Origin: Candidatus Omnitrophota bacterium
GTDB taxonomy: Bacteria; Omnitrophota; Gorgyraeia; Zapsychrales; Zapsychraceae
DNA length: 64,000 bases
Assembly: GCA_015232535.1 (NCBI GenBank)
Contig: JADFZM010000001.1
Span: 35,263 to 99,262, forward strand
Direction: 5' to 3'
The position numbers and the translations under genes are program-made. Positions 27,819 through 36,648 of this stretch are shown here, piece after piece. Every line of letters begins with the position of its first letter. Within the stretch, counting starts at the first letter, position 1. The notes below the pieces were generated by a model. It had not been told where the DNA came from and made no database searches. It saw only the letters and a program-made list of their open reading frames with translations.

Positions 27819-28601
27819 TTAGAAAAACCTTAAATATTTTCGGCATAAGCCGGTTATGAAAATAGGAATAAGGAAAATGCCGGTAAACTCCTGAAAAACA
27901 GCCAGGACTTTATTAAAACCTACAGGCAGTATATCGCCGTACCCTATTCTAGTTACCGTGATATAGCTAAAATAAATTGCCTCCATAAAACTTGGTTTTC
28001 GCACTATGTTGGTGAAAACAAGATGGCCTTGATTGTAAAATATTGCTGAAAAAAGGATAAGGAAACCACCGAATATAATAGTCCTTTGCGGCCGCTCTCC
28101 GTGGCCCCAAAGAAGCGAAGAAAAAGTTAAGGATATCCATGTAAAGAACCGCTTAAAAGCGGTTTTGAAATTGGGTCCTTTGGTTTTAGTTCCGAAAGGA
28201 GTATGCCGGACCCAAAATTTAAGGTTAGGAGTGAGGGATTTTCTGTAACATTCCTGGGAGAGGAAAAAACATTCCGAGAAGCCGACATAGCCCAGGTCCC
28301 TTTCGTGGCAGATACCGGCATGTTTGTAAAGCATGCTGGCATATTCGTAATCGCCTGATTTCTCCGCTTCCTGGGCCCCTTTTTCATAATAAGAGGCGGC
28401 ATAATAATATAGGGATTGACGGCCCGCTTTGAATTCACAACAGCTGGCGGCGGAGGTAAAACAAATAGCGGACTGCTTATGTTCGCCCGATTCCTGAAAA
28501 GACCTGGCCGCTTCAGAAAATAATTTTGCCGCATCGTCAAATTTTTGCTCATCAAGAAGCTTTTGAGCTTCTTTTTCTATTGCTTTAATGTCGCTGATCA
28601 T
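27819..28601 (-). CDS. Helical-repeat protein with a 2-TM K+-channel-like pore domain
   Basis: SNAP/TPR-like N-terminus, WGHGERP, AIYFSYITVTRIGYGDILP. Confidence 0.8.
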   Translation of the reverse strand: MISDIKAIEKEAQKLLDEQKFDDAAKLFSEAARSFQESGEHKQSAICFTSAASCCEFKAGRQSLYYYAASYYEKGAQEAEKSGDYEYASMLYKHAGICHERDLGYVGFSECFFLSQECYRKSLTPNLKFWVRHTPFGTKTKGPNFKTAFKRFFTWISLTFSSLLWGHGERPQRTIIFGGFLILFSAIFYNQGHLVFTNIVRKPSFMEAIYFSYITVTRIGYGDILPVGFNKVLAVFQEFTGIFLIPIFITGLCRKYLRFF

Positions 28602-28627
28602 CGTGATATAAGCCTGTTCTATTTATG

Positions 28628-28912
28628 CTATTTCTTTTTTATCGTTTTTGAAGCGAACCCGAATGATTTTCCAAGGGAGAACATGATTTGGTCAAGGTAA
28701 TTCTGACTATTAGAGGGCTTAGGGGTGCTTCTTGTTAATTGTTTCGTTTTCTTTATTATTATCGGAGTTGCCTTAGAAGCCTGTTTGCGTATTTTCTTTA
28801 AACGCCGCATTACCGCATTAATTTTCCTGGCCTTAGTGCTTTTTGAAGATGAGGCGGATACATTAACAGCTTTGATCTTGCCAAGCTTCTTTTTTCTTTT
28901 TTTTGCTGTCAT
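28628..28912 (-). CDS. Small Lys-rich protein with an LGKSFGF tail
   Basis: AAGGAG upstream; tail shared with 31188..31457. Confidence 0.7.
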   Translation of the reverse strand: MTAKKRKKKLGKIKAVNVSASSSKSTKARKINAVMRRLKKIRKQASKATPIIIKKTKQLTRSTPKPSNSQNYLDQIMFSLGKSFGFASKTIKKK

Positions 28913-28958
28913 TATCTCTCTCCTTTTATCTCTTGCTTTATTATGCTCTGTTCCAATA

Positions 28959-28988
28959 AAATTGTTTAAATTGTTTAAATTGTTTAAA
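28959..28988. repeat. Tandem repeat (AAATTGTTT)x3
   Basis: Three exact 9-bp copies; related copies occur in other spacers. Confidence 0.85.
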
Positions 28989-28990
28989 CA

Positions 28991-30196
28991 TTATTTAGCT
29001 TTGGAACGGCTTAATAGCTGAGAGTTTATCAGGCAACCTTTTGAAACGCAATTAAAAGGGTCTTTGGCTTGTCTAATTTCGTTTATGGGAACCACCATAT
29101 CGATGTTCTTAATTTCCTGTTTTACAACATCTAGGAATCCTCCGACCATTGATGTGCCACCGGCGAAAACAATGTCTATCGGCTCATCGAACTGAGGCGC
29201 TTTATCCGGGCGACGGAAAACTTGAGAAATTTGCCCTAGGAAATAACGGATGTAGTTTTTGTAAAACAGGGCTATTGCTTCTTGCTCCCTTGTTTCCGGT
29301 TTTAAAATGCTCATCCCCTTTTCCTTAACCAAGCCGGCTTTGTTCGGAGATATGCTTAGCACATTCGAAGACTGGAGGTCTATCATATCGCCTCCTTGCG
29401 CTATCGAAAATTCCATTACGACAACCGATTTATAAGCGACGCATATATTTGTCATGCCGCCGCCGCAAGATACCCCAATACCGGTGAACTTCTTCTCCGC
29501 AAGTTCGGATAGTATTACCGCAAAGCCTTCGTTTATCGGACATACTTTGTAGCCGAAACAGGAAAGCATCGTTTCGATAACATTCCGGTGATAATTAACG
29601 TCCATCATGCTGTCCACCGGTTGCGCCGGAACGCAGAAACAGCATATCTCGTTAGGGACTCTCGGTTCCCACAATAAACCCTTCACTATCATATTCATTA
29701 TAGGTATTGCTTCGCGTTCCAACGGATTAATAACTCCCACGTTCATCGGCCTTTGGGTGTTGCGGTCAAAATAATTCGAGAAATCGAAAGCGTCTTTGCC
29801 TAGGATGCAAGGCCTTTCTTTTATCCTTTGCTCGGATATGTTCATTTTCTGCAAAAGTTCTTTGGTTGAGTCATCATCGCGGACAAAAAGAAACGCGTTA
29901 CGGCTATATTTTACCTCTACACCCTTTGCTGTTTCGCGGGAAGAAACGATGTTGGCGGTTCCCATATCAAGGCCGACGCCTAATAAATTAATGTCAGTAT
30001 CAACATCCCCGCTTTGGGAAGGTATTTGAGCAACATCATTTTGGGAGGGGATTTGCGCTTTCTCAACGATAGTCCGGGGTTTTGAAGGCTGGCGGCGGTC
30101 TACAGCATGAATCGCTTTTTTAATTGGTTTTTTATTCTTAAGTTTCTTATTGATCGTTTTTTTTGGCATTGGTCTTTTTCTTTCTTCTAAAGGCAT
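28991..30196 (-). CDS. mad28: Mad28-like actin-family ATPase, copy 1
   Basis: GLDMGTAN, RNAF, RPM..G.INP.E, INEGFAVILSEL, FTGIGVSCGGGMTN, FAGGTS, DP..V.KGCL. Confidence 0.75.
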   Translation of the reverse strand: MPLEERKRPMPKKTINKKLKNKKPIKKAIHAVDRRQPSKPRTIVEKAQIPSQNDVAQIPSQSGDVDTDINLLGVGLDMGTANIVSSRETAKGVEVKYSRNAFLFVRDDDSTKELLQKMNISEQRIKERPCILGKDAFDFSNYFDRNTQRPMNVGVINPLEREAIPIMNMIVKGLLWEPRVPNEICCFCVPAQPVDSMMDVNYHRNVIETMLSCFGYKVCPINEGFAVILSELAEKKFTGIGVSCGGGMTNICVAYKSVVVMEFSIAQGGDMIDLQSSNVLSISPNKAGLVKEKGMSILKPETREQEAIALFYKNYIRYFLGQISQVFRRPDKAPQFDEPIDIVFAGGTSMVGGFLDVVKQEIKNIDMVVPINEIRQAKDPFNCVSKGCLINSQLLSRSKAK

Positions 30197-31181
30197 TTTC
30201 AGCGATCGCGCCTATAAGGCAACCGCGGGCAATTGCGTACAAAGGGTCATCGGCCAGAAAGACATTATTGATTTGAACGGGGAATTTTGTTTTCTCGATC
30301 TCACTTTTCAATATTTGGGTAAATCCTGTCGGAAGGGCTGTCCCTCCGGCGCATACGATCTCAATGGGCTTTTTAAAAACCGATCCCATAGATTTTTCTT
30401 CCAGCCTGGCGCGCAGGCATTGTACGGCATAACGAATAAGCTCTTTGTAATATATCGTTATTGCTTTCTGGGTTCTGTCTTGAGGGTTTTTAAGGTTTAT
30501 CCCTTTTTCTTTAACAGAATTGACTTGGCCCTGGCGTATGGCAAGGGCTTTGGCGGCATTTTCGTCTATCCAGTCTCCGGCACGGTTAATGGAAAAACTA
30601 TCGAGTGAATTAGCCCTATCGCTTACGCAAAAATTAAGCATTCCACAGCCGCAGGAAATCCCTATACCGGTAAAGCCGAATTCGGCCAAACTGCTATATA
30701 CGACAGCCATCCCTTCATTAACCGACTTAGCCTTGTAACCTAAAGACTCAATGATCTCCTCTAAAATACCCGTGTGATAGACGACGCGGAATTCATTTAT
30801 AAAAGCTTCGGCCGGAATAGAGTAATAACAAATAGAATTGTTCTCGGAAGCTTTGCCTAAAAGGGCGGTTACGAGTATTTTAAGAATAATCTCGGCTTTT
30901 TCTTCTTTTGGATTAAGGACTCCGTCCTGCATCGGACGGCTTAGGGCAGAACCCATCGTATTAGCCATTTTGTAAGCAGATTCCGCTAAGATGTATAACT
31001 CTTCTCCGATTTCGGCGTATTGCATCCCTTCTTCTTTCAAGAACGAGGTCATTGATTGCTCGATCTTTACTTTTAGAAAGGCATGGCGCAGTTTCTTTAA
31101 AACAATTTTTTCATCTTGAGAAAGGGAAGCGCTGATAAGGTTCATTGTCCCTATATCAATGCTTTTTATTTCTTTTATCAT
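30147..31181 (-). CDS. mad28: Mad28-like actin-family ATPase, copy 2
   Basis: SIDIGTMN, RPMQDGVLNP.E, VNEGMAVVYS.L, FTGIGISCGCGM.N, AGDWID, AGGTA, DPLYAIARGCL. Confidence 0.75.
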   Translation of the reverse strand: MIKEIKSIDIGTMNLISASLSQDEKIVLKKLRHAFLKVKIEQSMTSFLKEEGMQYAEIGEELYILAESAYKMANTMGSALSRPMQDGVLNPKEEKAEIILKILVTALLGKASENNSICYYSIPAEAFINEFRVVYHTGILEEIIESLGYKAKSVNEGMAVVYSSLAEFGFTGIGISCGCGMLNFCVSDRANSLDSFSINRAGDWIDENAAKALAIRQGQVNSVKEKGINLKNPQDRTQKAITIYYKELIRYAVQCLRARLEEKSMGSVFKKPIEIVCAGGTALPTGFTQILKSEIEKTKFPVQINNVFLADDPLYAIARGCLIGAIAENAFRRKKKTNAKKNDQ

Positions 31182-31187
31182 AAATGG

Positions 31188-31457
31188 TTACTTTTGTTTT
31201 ATTTTTAACGAGCCGGATACAAAGCCGAATGATTTTCCCAGAATGTAAAAAAATCTGCTTAAAATGCCCTTTTGGCCTCTTGTTTCAGATTCTATTTCGA
31301 TTTCATCATTTATTTTTTGGGCAACAGGCGTTTTAACTTTTTTTAGTTTATGCGAGCTAGCCTCTACCTCGAAGGATTTTATCGTCTTAGTCGGAATATC
31401 CTCCAGATGCACGATTGGGGGGTTATCTTGCTTTGGGGAATTATTAGTTTCAGACAT
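31188..31457 (-). CDS. Small protein with an LGKSFGF tail
   Basis: Ends 6 bp before mad28 copy 2; tail FFYILGKSFGFV. Confidence 0.72.
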   Translation of the reverse strand: MSETNNSPKQDNPPIVHLEDIPTKTIKSFEVEASSHKLKKVKTPVAQKINDEIEIESETRGQKGILSRFFYILGKSFGFVSGSLKIKQK

Positions 31458-31488
31458 GCATTTAGCCTTTTTATGGATTAGAGTATTA

Positions 31489-31908
31489 TTATTTAAACTT
31501 TTCCGATACTTTTTTCAGTAATTTATCGTTTTCGAATGGCTTAAGGATGTAATCATCGCAACCGGAGTCAAAAGCATCCAGCCAGGGCTCTTTTGATGCG
31601 GTAAGCATAATTATGGGTATCGAACTGCCATAACCGTACTTTATCCCTCGCGACTCTTCTTCTTTTCTGATATTCTTTAAGACTTCCAAGCCGTTTATCC
31701 CGGGCATATTGATATCCAGGATTATCAGCTGAAAATGATTATCTTTTATTGATTTAAGGTAGGTTGAAATCCCTTCTTCTCCGTCGGATACGCCGGTTAT
31801 TTCATAGCCTTCTTTTTCAAGAGTTTTCTGGACAAGAGTCCTTGTCCCCCGATCATCTTCAATGACTAGAATTCTTTTAGGCATTTTACACCCTCTCTTT
31901 TGAGCCAT
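31489..31908 (-). CDS. Single-domain response regulator
   Basis: ILVIEDD, ILDINMPGING, MLTA, KPF. Confidence 0.9.
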   Translation of the reverse strand: MAQKRGCKMPKRILVIEDDRGTRTLVQKTLEKEGYEITGVSDGEEGISTYLKSIKDNHFQLIILDINMPGINGLEVLKNIRKEEESRGIKYGYGSSIPIIMLTASKEPWLDAFDSGCDDYILKPFENDKLLKKVSEKFK

Positions 31909-32000
31909 TAGCTAATAATACATAATAATTATACTGATTATATTATGAAATACGCTGGGTGTAGAGGATTTTTTAAAGAAATTAAGAAACAGCTTATTAT

Positions 32001-32336
32001 TCAGCTTAGTTCTTTTAATGCGGTTTCACGATTATCATGGATTGAGATCATCTTATGCATTTTTGTTATTTCAAAAATGCCGCGGATTTCTTTGTTTACG
32101 TTGCAGATGTTGAATTTACCGTTAGCTTTTTTTAGCATTTGCGTCATTTCGATTAATGTTGCCAAGCCGGAACTGCCGACAAAGCCGACTTTCTCAAAAT
32201 CAACAATCACTTTGCTGGCACCGGCTTTAAGCAATTTAATAAACGAATCCCTTAGCTTTATGGAATCTTCAACGTTGAGCTCTCCGTCAAGCGCTACAAC
32301 ATTGATCCCGTTAATCAAATCAACTTTAATTTTCAC
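32001..32336 (-). CDS. STAS anti-anti-sigma factor (RsbV/SpoIIAA-like)
   Basis: LDGEL, VDFEKVGFVGSSGLATL, IFEIT. Confidence 0.9.
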   Translation of the reverse strand: MKIKVDLINGINVVALDGELNVEDSIKLRDSFIKLLKAGASKVIVDFEKVGFVGSSGLATLIEMTQMLKKANGKFNICNVNKEIRGIFEITKMHKMISIHDNRETALKELS

Positions 32337-32749
32337 TTCTCCTCCTTTTTCTTGTTGAGGAATTTAACCATTTTAATGGTTCGCCCCTCATTCATGAACT
32401 CAAATTTATCCATGATTTTCTCTATCAGGAATATCCCCCGTCCGCTTAGCCTCTCTAAGTTCTTTGAGGTTAGAGGGTTAGGTATATTCTTATAGTCGAA
32501 ACCTGTTCCCTCATCAGACACCTGCATGATCAAATTTCCGTTTTGAATATTTATTTCCAATTTTACTTTAAGGTCGGGATTAAGCTTATTGCCGTGCTTG
32601 ACCGCATTGACCATCGCCTCATAAAGGGCCAGTTTGATATTAAAAATAGCTCCCGGGTCCAGGCCGATGTCAGAAAGCTTAGCCAGCACCGAAGAAAGCA
32701 ATTCGTTTATCAATTCAGTTTTCGAGGGTATGGTTTTTGATATATTCAT
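32333..32749 (-). CDS. Anti-sigma factor kinase (RsbW-like)
   Basis: LALYEAMVNAVKHGN, DEGTGF, GRGIFLI. Confidence 0.9.
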   Translation of the reverse strand: MNISKTIPSKTELINELLSSVLAKLSDIGLDPGAIFNIKLALYEAMVNAVKHGNKLNPDLKVKLEINIQNGNLIMQVSDEGTGFDYKNIPNPLTSKNLERLSGRGIFLIEKIMDKFEFMNEGRTIKMVKFLNKKKEEK

Positions 32750-32828
32750 GTCGAATCTCTTAATTTAAAATAATTTTATACATATTACCAAATTAACCCA
32801 AATATGTAAAAGGATAAGTTGGCGAATT

Positions 32829-34763
32829 TCAGGATATTTTAATTACAATGTATGTTATGTCATCCGATTGCTTATGCTGCGGCTCGAATTTGCGTATGTC
32901 TTTTTCTATAGCCAGCGATATTTCCTGGGCTGTTTTGTTCCTGTTTTTATCGATAACCGAGAAAAGGCGTTCTTTACCGTATAATTTCGAGCGTGAATCC
33001 CTGGCTTCGGTAATGCCGTCAGTATAGAAAATAAATATGTCTCCTTTGGAAAATTTTACGCTGTTTCCGGAATACGCGCTTTCCGTCATGCCCAAAGGAT
33101 AGCCGTCTTCAACATCAAGGAGTTGCCCCTGGGCGCTTCGGGAAAGATGCAGTACGGGAAGATGCCCTCCGTTGGCGTAATTCATGATTTTCTTTTCTGT
33201 GTCAAAAATCGCGTAAAAGATCGTGACGAATAAATTGCTGGAAGATTCTTTTCTTAGTTTTTCGTTTAAGCTGTAAAGGACTTGCTGAGGAGGGGCATCG
33301 GGTAAAGCAAAGAATTTAAACGATCCGGAAACTGTTGTCATAAATAAGCTGGCCGGTATGCCTTTACCCGAAACATCACCGATCATGACCCCTAATGTCG
33401 TCGGGGTGAACTCGTAAAAGTCGTATAAATCCCCGCCCACTTGCCGGGCGGTGAGAATCTTGGCGGCTATATCCATATTATTAGTTCGGGGAAGTATTTT
33501 AGGAAGGAAGCTTTCCTGGATTTTTTTAGCGATCAAAAGCTCATTCTCGAAAAGTATTTTCTTCCTCCATTCGATTACCGATATCATAAGCGCACCGATT
33601 AAGTAAAGAAAAGGCAAGGCAATTAAGGGATAAAACATATCTATCCATACACCGAATAATATAAAAAGCAGAAATGCCGTGAAAAAATAAAGCGTAACGG
33701 TTAAGATGAGAATACCGAAAGCCTTGTTTGGTTTTCCGGCAAATATTCCCCAGGAAATAAAAGAAGCAAAAACAATTAAAAGAAACAAGTTAAATTCTTT
33801 CGGAGCGCGCGTTATAAATCGCCTGTTGATAATAGAATTGATAAGATCAGCGTGAATGGCCAAAGCCGGATACAGCGAGGAAAACGGCGTGGGATGTAGA
33901 TCGGTTGTACCCGTCGCTGTCAACCCTATGATGCATATTTTGTCTTTAAAAAAATTTGGGTCCAAAAATGGTTTTTCCCCTGATCGAATTGAGGCATATG
34001 AGCGCAGGATATCGACAAAGGAATAGTGCTTATAGAATTTCCCCCATTCACCGGCATAATTAACAATGGAGTTTGATTCTTTATCCAAAGGGATTTTAAC
34101 ATATCGGCCCAGGCGAATATATTTGCCGGGTCTATAAATAATATCCTTTTGATCGATTCCAAGATAATCTGAAACTAAGCGCAGGGATACATACGGAACG
34201 ATTTCTTCATTATATTTGATCAAAAGCGGCACTTTGCGGTATTTTCCGTCCGGGTCAGGGATGATATTTATGGGCCCGGCCCCTTTGGAAACTGTATTAA
34301 AAAAAGCCAGGTTTTGCGCGTTAAAACCCTTGGCAATTAAGATATTTTGTCCTTTACTCGAGTCAAGGTCAAAAACGTAGGGTAAATACACATTTCCAGC
34401 CTCTTTTATCGCTTTCTCCATTTCAGCGTCGTTTTGGTCACTTTCCGAGAAGAAAATATCAAATAAAACCGCTTTTGCACCGTATTCTGATAGAACTTTA
34501 ATGAGTAGCGAATGATAACGGCGGTCAAAGGGGAAACGGCCAAGCTTTTTTATCGAGTCATCGGCTATTTCAACAATTACAACTTTTTCGGTGGTTTTTA
34601 TCGGCGGGCGCAGGCGAAACCGCAGATCGAGCATGTTCAGTTCATTTACTTCAAAAACCCTAAGATAAGATCCGTATACTACAATGACAGCCGCAAAAGA
34701 GAAAATAATAACAAGCAGGAAGTTTTGAATGGATATCCAGGAAAAGTTTAACAGTTTTTTCAT
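32829..34763 (-). CDS. CHASE2 sensor with PP2C/SpoIIE phosphatase (RsbU-like)
   Basis: DLRFRLR, FDIFFSE, three TMs, VGGDLYD, GDVSGKG, YTDGITEA, SDDIT. Confidence 0.9.
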   Translation of the reverse strand: MKKLLNFSWISIQNFLLVIIFSFAAVIVVYGSYLRVFEVNELNMLDLRFRLRPPIKTTEKVVIVEIADDSIKKLGRFPFDRRYHSLLIKVLSEYGAKAVLFDIFFSESDQNDAEMEKAIKEAGNVYLPYVFDLDSSKGQNILIAKGFNAQNLAFFNTVSKGAGPINIIPDPDGKYRKVPLLIKYNEEIVPYVSLRLVSDYLGIDQKDIIYRPGKYIRLGRYVKIPLDKESNSIVNYAGEWGKFYKHYSFVDILRSYASIRSGEKPFLDPNFFKDKICIIGLTATGTTDLHPTPFSSLYPALAIHADLINSIINRRFITRAPKEFNLFLLIVFASFISWGIFAGKPNKAFGILILTVTLYFFTAFLLFILFGVWIDMFYPLIALPFLYLIGALMISVIEWRKKILFENELLIAKKIQESFLPKILPRTNNMDIAAKILTARQVGGDLYDFYEFTPTTLGVMIGDVSGKGIPASLFMTTVSGSFKFFALPDAPPQQVLYSLNEKLRKESSSNLFVTIFYAIFDTEKKIMNYANGGHLPVLHLSRSAQGQLLDVEDGYPLGMTESAYSGNSVKFSKGDIFIFYTDGITEARDSRSKLYGKERLFSVIDKNRNKTAQEISLAIEKDIRKFEPQHKQSDDITYIVIKIS

Positions 34764-34935
34764 TTATTTTGGTTAAATAATTGCAAAATATGAAAGAAAT
34801 TGATTTTATTTCGCAATTATATCACTTTAACCGCAAAATAAAAGAATATCTTTGAGCAGGATATATTTATAGTTTAATAAGCGATAAGTTTCCATATATC
34901 TTTTATTGAGATCTATTCTCTTCCTTTCTGCTTGC

Positions 34936-36183
34936 TTAAAAGCTCACATTAAGCCGTAGAACCGCCACTTGAGTGTTCTTTATCGACGGATCAACGCTTG
35001 GATTATAGATTACTTGATAATCCGGCTGCAGAGAGATATTTTCATGCAGATGGATAAGGTATGTTGCTTCAATTATGTCTTCTTCTTTATCAAAATCACC
35101 CGTTAGTCGATAGCTGTTTCCGCTTGATGCTCGCCCAAAAGCTAGCCCGAAGACATCCTCATTTCTGTTTGGAAATAGGCCGGTATAATTTATGCCTAAT
35201 CCGATATAGCTATCGATCGTATTTCGGTCTTCAGGGGATTGCCCATATTGAAAAAATATCCCTAAGCCTTCATTTTCATTTTCATTTTCTTTGAATAACA
35301 TTTGGTCAATTATTGCATATATTCCCCGGTTCCCATTATGTTTTATCGGATCTCCGTTTCCATCAGTATCTGTCAGGTCATCTGTATTTTTACTATTATA
35401 CCAGCCACCGATTTTAATCGTTCCCGGTAAATCGCCATAGAGAAGCGGAGTATTTCCTTTAATCTGAATTTCGTATATCGCAAATGTCCCTCTTTCATTA
35501 TTCCAAACAGGGTTTAAACCATGGGGGTTATTGTTCTCATCGCCGGGATCGCCGCTCAGAATAGCACTTAAGAGAGAAAGATGCTCGTTCGGATCAAGCT
35601 TTAAGCGCAGGCCGGGCGCGGCCAAAGGGTATGTTGAGGCTGTTGTATTAAGCGATACGGCAGGGTTAAGGCCAAAAGAGCTGTTAATAAAAAGCGAACC
35701 GTAATCGGTAACATTGAATTCGGAGTTGATATCGTACAAGCCTCCTCTAGCGGATAATTTATCGTTTATAAAACGCTGCTCGTACCACACCTCAAACAAC
35801 CTAAACAGGCGGGGTGCCTCAATATTGTCTAATCCTTGCATATCTCCGGTAAAATCAGCTGATGGAAACCCATTGCCGAAAGTATATATTGTGTTGATGA
35901 AAAACGTGCCTCCTTCCCATAAGGATGCCTTTGAAGTATCTATCTCAAGAGAGCTATCCAATAGTCCTAAATAAGAATCGCCTCTTTTTGTGCCGCCGGT
36001 TTTATTAAACGTTATATCACCGGTATAATCTAATCCGAATGAATATCCTTTTTCTTCTAATTTAGAACGGCATTCTTTAAGAGTTAACTTCTCCCAAAGC
36101 GGTATTTCCGACGCCTCGGCATACATGGCAAATGAAACCAGTAAAGAGTTTAAGATTAATAAGAGTCTTCTTAACTTTTTCAC
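34936..36183 (-). CDS. OprB-family porin
   Basis: Signal peptide, RLFEVWYEQ, FINSSFG, RNEDVFGLA, LQPDYQ.I.NP, terminal Phe. Confidence 0.85.
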   Translation of the reverse strand: MKKLRRLLLILNSLLVSFAMYAEASEIPLWEKLTLKECRSKLEEKGYSFGLDYTGDITFNKTGGTKRGDSYLGLLDSSLEIDTSKASLWEGGTFFINTIYTFGNGFPSADFTGDMQGLDNIEAPRLFRLFEVWYEQRFINDKLSARGGLYDINSEFNVTDYGSLFINSSFGLNPAVSLNTTASTYPLAAPGLRLKLDPNEHLSLLSAILSGDPGDENNNPHGLNPVWNNERGTFAIYEIQIKGNTPLLYGDLPGTIKIGGWYNSKNTDDLTDTDGNGDPIKHNGNRGIYAIIDQMLFKENENENEGLGIFFQYGQSPEDRNTIDSYIGLGINYTGLFPNRNEDVFGLAFGRASSGNSYRLTGDFDKEEDIIEATYLIHLHENISLQPDYQVIYNPSVDPSIKNTQVAVLRLNVSF

Positions 36184-36305
36184 AGCTAGATCCTTTCTTT
36201 TGTTAAGACAATTGTTAATTTTAAATTGATTTTACTAATCCGAACTCAGGGCTGGATTCGAATTCAAACTGTAAGATAATATAAAGTTAATCTTTAAAGA
36301 GCATA

Positions 36306-36425
36306 CTAATAATGTTTCGTTCTGAATGCGGCAAATTTTCGTAGCCGATGTGCTTTATGTCTAAATTGCTCGCTGTAAAAGAATCCGGCGAACATAGCTG
36401 TCCCTAGGATTATTTCAATAATCAT
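36306..36425 (-). CDS. Putative 39-aa protein MIIEIILGTAMFAGFFYSEQFRHKAHRLRKFAAFRTKHY
   Basis: GGAGG at 36431-36435, ATG 36425, TAG 36306; directly behind a Fur box. Confidence 0.5.
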   Translation of the reverse strand: MIIEIILGTAMFAGFFYSEQFRHKAHRLRKFAAFRTKHY

Positions 36426-36447
36426 GCCTGCCTCCTTCTCGTGAATT

Positions 36448-36462
36448 TGATAATCATTATCA
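36448..36462. promoter_or_regulatory. Fur box upstream of the sORF and porin
   Basis: Perfect 7-1-7 palindrome TGATAATCATTATCA. Confidence 0.85.
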
Positions 36463-36478
36463 TGGTGATGGCAAAAAA

Positions 36479-36631
36479 TTAACAATGTTTATCTTTTGGG
36501 TTCTCAGCGCAATTAAGGTTTTTCGACCCGCATTTGTGGCAGGCCTCATTTTCTTTGAATGAATTCCTCAAATAAAGTGCCATGCCCAATAACGATATTG
36601 AAAGTATAAAAATCAATGATAATGTTTCCAT
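36479..36631 (-). CDS. FeoB-associated Cys-rich small membrane protein (50 aa)
   Basis: METLSLIFIL.. TM, then CHKC..C..C; immediately after feoB; start revised to 36631. Confidence 0.7.
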   Translation of the reverse strand: METLSLIFILSISLLGMALYLRNSFKENEACHKCGSKNLNCAENPKDKHC

Positions 36632-36648
36632 ATTCCACCGCCTTTCGA

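Noticed and set aside
28959-28988. Tandem repeats as a CRISPR array
   Set aside because: 9-bp units without spacers, and no cas genes
28991-31181. Calling the actins mamK, mreB or ftsA
   Set aside because: The motifs (RNAF, NEG.AV..S.L, FTGIG.SCG.GM.N) fit Mad28-like proteins better, and no mreCD or ftsZ is adjacent
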